Shown: positions 54,191 to 64,000 of the stretch, in pieces
How positions within the stretch are numbered: position 1 is the first letter of the stretch
Layout of the letters: each line of letters begins with the position of its first letter
From: Lama glama
Taxonomy: Eukaryota
Assembly (NCBI GenBank): GCA_028534125.1
Contig: CM052816.1
Span: forward strand, 32,676,001-32,740,000
Length of the DNA: 64,000 bases
Direction of reading: 5' to 3'
Notes under the pieces: model-generated
Told to the model about the DNA's origin: nothing
The model's input: the letters and a program-made list of their open reading frames with translations, nothing else
Databases searched by the model: none
Position numbers and translations under genes: made by a program

Positions 54191-55659
54191 CAGATTTCAT
54201 CAGATTTAGATGACCTGGAATCAAATAAATACAGACGTTATAGCTAAACTTAGAAGAAATTATGTACTGTATTTTTACTCCAGGGCTAGAACTCAGTTTG
54301 ATTTAGTGAAAATGCTGAGCATAGCAGTAATTTAAATATGGTGAGATGTGAAGCATTTAAACCAAGAGATGACATGGTATAGAAAAAATTATCTGTAGGT
54401 AAAATATTAATTGACCATTTGTATCTTTTATATTTTAGCAAAATGATGTATTTATAAATTGTTCTATAAACTGTAAAGCCATATATATGTAAAATATCTT
54501 TTATTTTCAGAGTATAAGAAAAAATGAGAAATAAAAGCCCAAATTGACATACTTCATAATTTTGAAGACTTAATTACCAAGAGTACTTGTATCTGGTAAC
54601 GAAAAGAATCTGTAACTCTGATATATTTAGGAAAACAGGAGTGAGTGAGTCAAGTAGCAACCCCCTGGAGATGACACAGTTGCTCATCAATAAATATTTT
54701 CTATTCTCTGATCTCACCACAGCACATTTCATCTCTAATAAATAATTATCTGATTTTTCTAAAGTCTTAAAATTTTTTAAAATAATGTATGATTATATAA
54801 TGTAATTCACTAATTTTTTAAAACCAAACTTCCAGAATTTATAAATACAAGTGAATATTCTTGCTTTAATATTATATATTAATTTAAAAAGCTGTCTTTT
54901 CTCAAAACACTTTTTGAAATATTTTATTTGGAATTGCTTTGCAGTTGTGTTGCATTTTCTTTTAAAATCTCTTTAAAATTGAGGACTTCTTTTATGTTGT
55001 ATGCAGATCAGCCAGCCCTATTGCAGCAAACAGAAAACACTGGATAAAAAACAAAAATCATACTTATAAAGACATTGGAGAACTGTGAAGTCATCAAGGA
55101 TTGTACTAACTAAAATTCCCAAGAGGAAAGAGCCCTTTCTAGATGAACTGAGATCACTGGTGATTTTCTTCTCCAGGGATATTTCTTGATTCTGGGTACA
55201 GACTGATGATTCTTCATTGGCACAAGCATAAGGACTCCACTGGAGGAAAGAAACTATTGGAGGTCTAGACAAACATTTGGGCAGATGTGAAGCATTGACA
55301 TTTAGAGGAACTCCAAATGCATGACTGATTTTCCCAAATTTTCTCCAAAGGCATGGGACATTGGCTGAGTCTTGCTTTGGTGAAGGATGCTGGGGATGGA
55401 TGAGGAGAGCAGAATGTTAGGAAGTAAGGTCCTGCTAGAGGAATACTTCCACACAAGTTTCAGTCTAAATTTAAAGGAGAGACACATTCAAGGAACTTGG
55501 CGAACCAAATCATATATGAATTTCACTTACACTGCAACTGCAACCCATTTTCAGTTCCTAGTTGGATGGAGAAGATCAGACCCGAGTGGTGGAAAAGGCA
55601 AACTCTCTAAGGGAAAATCTGATCTTAAGTCTTTCTTGTTCTTGGTATCATTTGTATGA

Positions 55660-57580
55660 TTGGCATTTAAAGTTACAAGAAATACAAAGAAACAGGAAAA
55701 TGATAATCAAGAAAACAGGGAGATAATAGAAACGAATCCAATGATCCAGATGTTATAATTAGTAGTCAAGGACTTTAACATAATTACTATAAACGTCTTG
55801 AAAAAAAAAGAAAAGATTGATAAAGTGGATGAAAAGTCAGAAAATCTTGACAGAAAATTGTGCTCTATAGTTAAGAAGAATCAAATAGATATTCTAGAAC
55901 TGAAATATTTTTGACATTAACTTACTGGGTGGGCTTAACCACAGGTTAAACGTAGAATTAATGAACTAGTGAGAAGACAGGATTAGTGAACATCTAAAAA
56001 GGTCAATAGAAAATAAACTGATGCACCAAGAGAAAAAAAAGGAAAGCAAAAAACAGTATGTAAGAGTTATGAAGGACACAGGCAAAGAGATACAGGCAAA
56101 TGTAATTAAAGTCTCAGAAGGGTCAGGGAAGTGAATGAAGCAAAAGTAATATTTAAAGAGGTGGTGGCTGAGAATTAATGTAAGGTTGTTGTAAAGTTAT
56201 TAAGACAATGTGGTAAGTAGAGTGACAGACCAACAGAAATAGAGTTGAGAAGAATACCTACACATATATGTCACCTGATTTATGACCAAGGCATTCCTGC
56301 AGATCAGTGGGGAAAGGGTGGTCTTTTTGATAAATGGTGCAGGGGCAATTAAATATATGTATGAAGGGAGAACAAAAACAAGAAGAACCAAGAACCCTAC
56401 CTCGAATCATAAGCAAAAATTAATTCAAGAAGGATTATAGACCTAAATATGAAAGACAGAACAGTTTCCTTCTAGAAGGAAACTTAGGGAATAGCTTCAT
56501 GCCTTAGAGTAGGCAAAGATTTCTTAAATAGAATGCCAAAGCACTAACCATAAAAGAAAAAAAGAATAAATTGGACGTCATTAAAACCAAGAACTTTTGT
56601 TAATCAGAAGACTCCTTTATGCTTCTAGAAGCAAATATAGAATAATATCTCTTTGACCTTGGTGTAGGGAAGATTTCTTAGTACGCATGAAACACTAGAC
56701 ATAAAAGAAGAGAGTTGTAAAATGAACTTCATCAAATTTAAAACTTTAAAATCTTTTCAAAAGACTCCAGTAAGAAAATGAAAAGGCAAGGCATAGACTA
56801 AAAGAAAATATGTGCAATACATATATCTGACAAAGGACTTGATTCAGAATACAAAGAGTAAAAGTCCAGTTTTTAAAATATGGCAGAAGGCTTGAAAAGA
56901 CAATTCAGAAAGGAAGGATAATGGTCAGTAAGCACATATAAAAGGATTTAGCATTCTTTATCCTCAGGGAAGTACAAATATCATTTCATTCCTACTTAAA
57001 TCACTAAAATTGAAAACACTGGTCATGCCCAGCATGGAGCATCAGGATGCTTATACTGTGCTAGTAGGAGTATAAAATGGTACAACCACTTTGGAAAACC
57101 ATTCACCAGTTTTCTTTTAAACTTAAAAATCTGTGATTCAGCATGTAAACTTCCAGGTGTGTAATCAAGAGAAGTTGAGTGCATATGTCCACCTAAAGAT
57201 CTGTACAAGAATGTGCATAGTAATGTTCTACATAATAGCCTCCAAACTGCTGACACCCCAAATGCCCATCAAGAGGATAAAAGCTTAATCAGTTGAGCTG
57301 TAATCAGACAGTGGATAACTACACAGCATTAAAAAAATAATAACTGATACATGCAATAGCATGGATGAATCTCATAGGAATTTTGGTGTGTAGAAAACAT
57401 GAAACACAAAAGACTATATACGGTATGAGTTCATTTATATGACATTCACAAGCATGGCAGCTAAATTGATACAAAAATCAGAATAGTGGTTACCTCCGGG
57501 GAGTGAATATTGATTTGTAAGGGGCAAAAGGGAACTTCCTGAGGTACTAGAAATGTTCTGTGTAGTGATTACATGAATAC
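55660..57580 (+). mobile_element. Old L1 remnants (ORF1-like part, ORF2 3' end and 3' UTR)
   Basis: L1-like phrases gtggggaaagggtggtctttttgataaatggtgc, gtataaaatggtacaaccactttggaaaac, gcatggatgaatctcata and aaatcagaatagtggttacct. Confidence 0.7.
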
Positions 57581-59338
57581 TTAGAGAGACCTGAGCAGAA
57601 CTGTGCTTTAAAAGTCTCAGTGATAGTTCTGTGCAAGGTAGGACCGTTTAGGAGATTGTTTTAGTAGTAAGCAGGTGGGGTTAATAACCAGGATAGTGAC
57701 AGTAAGTATAGAAAAAGGGTGACTATAAGAGAAATCATAGAGGTAGAGTATAAAATTTGATAACTGATTGGGGGTGCGAAGGAAGTGATGCTAAGGATTT
57801 GAACCTGGAGGGAAAGGAAGTTACTGCCATTTAACTGAAAGAATACATGGCAAAGAACAGGTTGTAGTGGCACAAAATGATAGTTTGGACTTTCACATAT
57901 GAAGTGCATATCATCCAGATGCAAAGCCTCTCTCAGTCATACTGGGAAAGTAAGTCTTCAGCTTGCAAGTGAGTTTATGATTAGAGACATAATTGGAAGT
58001 TATCTAAGAAAGGTAGTTGCTGAATTGTGAGACTGCAGATTATAAGAAATAGGGATAAGATTAAAAAATCATTGAAAGAGTACAAGCAGCAATGGATGGA
58101 AGAGAATCAGGATCCTGAAAACTACAGGTAGCCTATAGTGATAGTTCTCAAACTTAATGGAAGAGATGGTGTCCTGATGTTTATAGTACACATTTTAAAG
58201 TAATCTGCATTCATTTGAGAAAGGCATCCCTGTGCAAATTTATTCCCTATCCCACAGTTGTGATAAACTCTGACGTAAGTTCTGAACATGATAATCAGTC
58301 ACCCCCACATTCCCGCATCTACTCAGCCTTTTTCCTCCAACATGGTCTATTATTTGAAGGTTAGATCTTAAGGTTACAGGCTATTTCTTGTTATTAACAT
58401 AGGAATTCTTTTCTTAGTGCTTACAATGTCACTGTCAAGATAAACCAGAGAAATTGTCTTTGCTGCATTCACTCATTTTTTATTTTATTGATTTCCTTTT
58501 CTGTCTCTTTATGGATAATTTTCATATAAAGGAGCACTGCCCATAGCTGTAAGATCATAAATATTCAAATATGTTGTCTTGCAATTTGGAAATCTAATTG
58601 GCTAACAGAAGACTTTACTGTGAACTAAAATGGAATGCCTCAGAATATGTAAAATGTAAAGTGATACAAATTATTATTGAGGAACATACAGAAAAACTAG
58701 TAGAAAATAAAAGTTAGTTTCCAGCATTCTTTGACAAAAATGTATCAAGGATTTAGATGGGAAAGGAAACAGTGGGTCAAAACTCAGGAGATGGTGAGCA
58801 TACAGTCATTTAACTATCTGCTGAATTTAAATTAGTGTACTAGTAGAATGTACATAAATGTGGTATAGAAAAGCTTTGCTATTTATTGGGTTGTTAAATA
58901 AAATAGCATATTATAATGTGTTGTTTTTCATGGCCATGGTGGTACAGGCTTAAGAGATACAGATTCTAAATAAAGCTTTTGTGGCTTGGGCTAGTCTTTG
59001 AGTCTCAGTTGATCTGTCTGAAAAATGAGAATAATCCACTTCATCATATTGTTTCAAAAGTTAGAGATAATGTATCTTAACTGTTCCATATGTATATAAA
59101 ATATTGCATGGAGACTATAATCACCATCATAAAATATTACTGTTGTTGGGATATAACTTATTATTCATAATTAGAAATCGGTAATATATGTAGAGTAATT
59201 TATAGTCTATGATGTTTTCAGATTGATCTGAAATAACTTTTTTCCCCAGGAGACCTAAATGCCAAGAAACTTTGAATCATGTCTTCAGAAAGTTACTTAG
59301 AATTTTGACGTGTTAATATACTGTGTTCTTTTTTACAG

Positions 59339-59423
59339 GAAGTACTCAAACAGCTACAAGGAAGTATTGAAGATGAAGCTATGGCTTCTTCTGGACAGAT
59401 TGATTTATTAGAGCGTCTCAAAG
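59339..59423 (+). CDS. APC: APC second coding exon (85 nt, codons 46-74)
   Basis: Acceptor gttcttttttacAG ends at 59338 and donor AAG|GTAGAT starts at 59424. Reads EVLKQLQGSIEDEAMASSGQIDLLERLK+G, in frame with the previous exon. Too short for the ORF track. Confidence 0.97.
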
Positions 59424-60580
59424 GTAGATTTTTAAAAAGTGTTCTAAAGTAATTTCTTTAGACTCCAGTTGTCAGCTTTAGGTGTATGTATCTAAGTACA
59501 GCTTTTCTTGATTAAGAGTGTTGGTATTGGTTTTCTTGTTATAATAGCCTTACCTATTAGGATGTAATTGTTAAAGTACAAATATGTGAAAAGTGTATTT
59601 GCTTGTCATTTTTTCAGTTAACATTTAATTGGCTTTGAATAAACTATTTTAGATTCCTTCCTTGATAATTTTCAGCTCCTTCTAAAGCTCTTTGCTGTTC
59701 TGCCAGTCACTAAATAGGCTGTTAGTAAGCTGTATGCCACGGACTAGGCTCATTGCTTTATTTGAAGGAGCAGTGACCTTCTTTGTTTCATCCAGGATAG
59801 AAATGCTTTATCTTCTCATATATAAAAGCTATTTATAAGCCATTTTTAGTAGAATTTTTAAAAATGTCTTTCTTATTTTATTGCTTAAAAATTCAAATGT
59901 CAAATCAGTAAGTGCTTAATTATAGTTTAAGCTAGGCAGAGAAATTACCTTTGGACCCCAAAATATATTCTTATCTAGCAGGAATTTAAGGAAGGACATT
60001 TTGTCTAATTTTCCCTTAACATCCTCCTTTCTCCCCTACTAACTCAAGCTGATTTTGGAAGGAAAGTTTAGCCATTCTGTTTCTAAATAATGGTTTATTC
60101 AGTCATGTGTATTTGTGGCTTCCTCTGTTAGAAATCTAAAGTTGCAAGGTTCTAAGCCAAAAAGTGAACACTTTTTTTTAATGATTCAATATTTGTGTAT
60201 ATTGCAGAATGATCACCGCCACTTTCATATGTGCTTTGGCCTGATTGTTTTTTTTAGGACTGTGTCTCTTCTTCTCTCTCCTACCTTCACATTTACCTAG
60301 AACCAGGAGTCAGTGAATTTCTCTGAGCATCAGCGTTTCTGTTAAGGATTTCCTCTGTTTCCTACATAAATTGCTGCTCAATAGTTGCCATAATTTAATA
60401 CTCCTCAAGGCTTTATGTACTATGTCTAATGTATTTTCAGTTATATTAAAGTCAAATAAAATTTGAGATGTAAAGTGTGAACCTAAGATACCACTTTTAA
60501 AAGATAATATACTTGCATTAGCAATATTTTAGACCACTTAAAGCAGTTGCTTTATAAAAACTTGTCTCTATTTTATTTAG

Positions 60581-60782
60581 AACTTAACTTAGATAGCAGC
60601 AACTTCCCTGGAGTGAAACTGCGGTCAAAAATGTCCCTCCGTTCTTTTGGAAGCCGAGAAGGATCTGTATCTAGTCGTTCAGGAGAGTGCAGTCCTGTTC
60701 CTATGGGTTCATTTTCAAGAAGAGGGTTTGTAAATGGAAGCAGAGAAAATACCGGTTATTTAGAAGAACTTGAAAAAGAGAG
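60581..60782 (+). CDS. APC: APC third coding exon (202 nt, codons 74-141). The gene continues beyond the window.
   Basis: Acceptor ctattttatttAG ends at 60580 and donor AG|GTAACT starts at 60783. Reads (E)LNLDSSNFPGVKLRSKMSLRSFGSREGSVSSRSGECSPVPMGSFSRRGFVNGSRENTGYLEELEKER; phase matches the previous exon. Confidence 0.97.
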
Positions 60783-60962
60783 GTAACTTTTCTTCATTAA
60801 ATAGTAAACTTTAAAAAATAAATAAAGAAAGAAATAGTAAATTTTTATGCTCTAGTTTTTGCTATTATTTTGTAATAATATAAGATGGAAATTATGAAGT
60901 TATGTATGGTGGGCTTAACACTTAGCATGTTGTATTTATTAATTCAAAAAAGTATGTTACTG

Positions 60963-61111
60963 GAGGAGGATATAGCTCAGTGACAGAGGACATCCTTAGC
61001 ATGCACGAGGTCCTGGATTCAATCCCTAGTACCTCCATATAAATAAATAAACAAATAAATAAATAACCTAATTACCTCCCTCCCAAAAAATAGAAAAAAA
61101 AATTTTTTAAT
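60963..61111 (+). mobile_element. tRNA-derived SINE, Vic-1-like (camelid)
   Basis: Pol III A box TAGCTCAGTGA and B-box-like GGATTCAATCC, a (TAAA)n middle and an A-rich tail. TSD AGTATGTTACTG at 60951-60962 and 61112-61123. Confidence 0.85.
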
Positions 61112-62127
61112 AGTATGTTACTGATTGTACTTAGGTTAAATCTAAAAATATAGAGGAGGCAGTTTTCTTGGGATTCTAAACTTCTCCTTTGTCACTTGGC
61201 TACTTCAGATCCTCTGTACATTGAGTAATACACATAATCACAATAGTTATATCTGGTTAAAGTATGTAACTGATTTTTAATTGAATTTCTAATCAGAGAT
61301 TAATCTTTTGAAATGAAATAACTACTAGATCCTGTATAAGGTGAAAGGCCTTTTACAGGTGCCCACAAATGAATCATTTTTTAGTTTATCAGTTTCAATG
61401 TCTACAAAACATTGTTTGATGTATAGAATGAATTCTGGTTTCTCACAGCTGACGTATGAATTCTTTTCTTCTTAAAGTTAAAATCATCCCACTACAAATA
61501 GCAGAATCTGTATCATTATCAAGAACTTGGTCAGGTGTTTTTTTACCTCCTAAAAGATTATAAATTCCTTTATGCATGATTGTTACCTTATTGTCTTTAT
61601 ATTCTTAAAAGTTCTGTTAGACTTTGAAGAAATGTTCAAATGTATAAATGTTACTTGTTAGCTCTGAGGCCTTGGTCAAGTCATTAAGTTTTTGTGTTAT
61701 TCCCTTCTATAAAACAGAGTTATGGTTCTACCCTGTGGAGTTAGGGAAATTGAATATTAATGTGTGGAAAATGCCTCACATATCTCACTGAGAGGCAGAA
61801 GACCTTTTACTACTTTCTCTCTGGTTGTAGGTGTGTCTGTCTATAAAAAAATAGGGATAATCATCTGAACCAGAAGTAGTGTTAAAAGCTTTCTTAAGTG
61901 TTAAACTCTTGAGTTTACATGACTTTCTGTTTCTTACCTTGAACCAGGACTATTTCTGTCTGACAGTGAAGGAAACACTGTCCTCAAAAATAAGAGGCTA
62001 GCCAGGGTCTACAGTCTTCCTTCTCTTTGTCCCCTTTGAGCTCTGTGAAGAGGTAAAGGGCATGTGAGCATACTGACTTTCCTAGGAACTTACTTTGCTT
62101 CTTGTAGGTAAAGTCCTGATTTTATTA

Positions 62128-62161
62128 GCAGAGAGAGAGGAAGGAGAGAGAGAGAGAGAGA

Positions 62162-62218
<57 letters not shown>
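62128..62218. repeat. Compound (GA)n(GT)n microsatellite
   Basis: An interrupted GA run followed by about 27 perfect GT units (62164-62217). Confidence 0.95.
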
Positions 62219-62219
<1 letters not shown>

Positions 62220-64000
62220 TTCTGGTCTATCTTGTGTCCTCTTGGTTCAGATGGAGGTAAATTTAGTCCTTGCTAAAGATTTGTGACAAAATGTTTATTT
62301 TGTTCTCACACTTGATTGTTAGTTTGGCTAGGAGTAGGCTCAAACTCATTTTCCTTCTTCATAATCAGTGTCACTGATAAGAAATTTGATACCAGTCTGA
62401 TTCACATTCCTTTATAGGAAACCATTTTTCTTCTTTTGAAGCTGTTAGAATGCCTTGGTATACATGTTTTCTTAATTTACCATGCTGGATACTTACTGTG
62501 CCCTTTTGATCTGGAATTTAATTTTCTTTAGCTTTTGAAAATTCTGTTATTTCTCGATGATTTTCCCCCTCTGTTTGTCTATTTCTTTCTAGACATCCCT
62601 TTAAGTCATAGATTAACTCTCTCTGTGTCTCTTTTTTTTTTCTTGTTTTCTGTATTGCCCAAGATAAGTGAGATAAATGTTAGAAAGTAGTCAAGCCAGG
62701 ACTCACACCCAGGTCCATAACCTTTTTGAATCTATTTTCCAGACTGTAGAATGAGCATAAGAATAACTACCTTAAAAGATGTTATGAGGATAAAGTTAGG
62801 TTTTTTTATAAGTACTAGGCACTACGTCTTGTACATTCAATAAATGTTAGCTATTGTCATGTTAGCCATTAAAACACTTAACATATATTTGTTAAACACC
62901 TAATATATGTGTGCCATGCTCTTCTAGATGACCTTGAGTTTGCTAGAGGACTAAGAAGACATGATGATTACATTTTAAGGAAGACTGTTGACAATCACTA
63001 AATAAGCCTTTAGTACACTAAACCATAAAGACCCATGAGCTTCTGGGTCTAGATCTTGTTTCAGTTTTGAGTCTTAAGCACTGTTGTGGGAGTTACAAGA
63101 TGAACTCGTATCATTTAACCACTTGTTACCATTTTGGTTCAAGGCACAATAACCTTGGCTTCCAGAGCATTTTGCTGCAGTTCTATTTTAAGCTTGATAG
63201 TAACAACCTACCCTTATTCTCCCTAACCTTTTCCTCATTCCACCACCATTACTAACATTAGCCTATCAATTTAAGTACTTCTAGTACCCAGCTCTTATTT
63301 AAATAAGCCTGTTTATTGGAGAGTAATCAGAGGAAGTAGCATCTGTCCCTCATTTCCCCACCTTAGTCCTGGTACGTCCTGCAGGTCCTCACCAGAGAAC
63401 ATTGAAGAATAGAATGACATCTCATTCTTATGCTAATTGTGGTATCCAGCTTGTGAAAGAGGTTCAGGCTTTCTCTATTGCTTTCTCTTGCTGCTTTTGT
63501 CAAAAATGGGAGGGAGGGGGCTGTTTCTCATTGGTCTACACACTCTCAGCTTTTCATATCATAAGCAGGGGCTTGCTTCCTCCCCATGAATTCCCTCACT
63601 ACTGAGGTTGCCACATCAAAAGTGAAGGCTTATTTCTTACTTTTTTAATGCTTCTCAGTAAAGGAAAGGGAATTTTAGCAGGATTAGAACCTTCCACATA
63701 CTCACAGGCATACATATTCTCCAAGAAAATACAATCAAATAGAATTTTAAAGCAATAATATCAGAGTGGGGAACAACTCTCTGTGTAAGAGCAAACCCCA
63801 GAAGCCATAATAAAAAATATCCTGAAATCTGACTACAGGAAAATCAAAATTTTCTACACAGCAAAATCATTATAAACAAAGTTTAAAGACAAGTGATAAA
63901 CTGAGAAAATATATTTATAACTGACAAAGGGCTATCATTCTTAATATATGAGGTCCTATAAGTAATTAAAACTATAGTGATATACTGGTTTTCTTAAACC

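Noticed and set aside
60547..60580. N-terminal part of ORF 60547-60786, and the tail of ORF 51476-51670 after 51610
   Set aside because: Intronic read-through outside the AG/GT splice sites of the APC exons.
60963..61035. Possible tRNA gene (also 34610-34680)
   Set aside because: The tRNA-like head continues into a TAAA/A-rich tail with a TSD, so it is a SINE.

Overview
Mammalian genomic DNA, AT-rich and dense in interspersed repeats. It is probably camelid (camel/alpaca), judged from two Vic-1-like tRNA-derived SINEs. The window covers the 5' part of the APC tumour-suppressor gene on the + strand: the CpG-rich promoter 1A, non-coding exon 1A (about 35174-35240), a likely 105-nt alternative 5' exon (35671-35775), and the first three coding exons (51476-51610, 59339-59423, 60581-60782; codons 1-141). 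Two L1-mediated retrocopies lie upstream of promoter 1A on the - strand. One is a near-full-length RAB5B mRNA copy (12937-15834) with a perfect 13-bp target-site duplication (TSD) and an intact 215-aa ORF; a 500-N assembly gap interrupts its 3' UTR. The other is a full-length but decayed RPS25 processed pseudogene (32681-33169) with a 17-bp TSD. The rest is L1, L2, MIR, MaLR-LTR and MER DNA-transposon relics plus microsatellites. I see no prokaryote-type system (CRISPR, operon). The best leads are the intact RAB5B retrocopy and a splice-dependent overlapping uORF in the APC 1A leader. All identifications and human comparisons are by recognition from memory, not database searches, and repeat boundaries are approximate.
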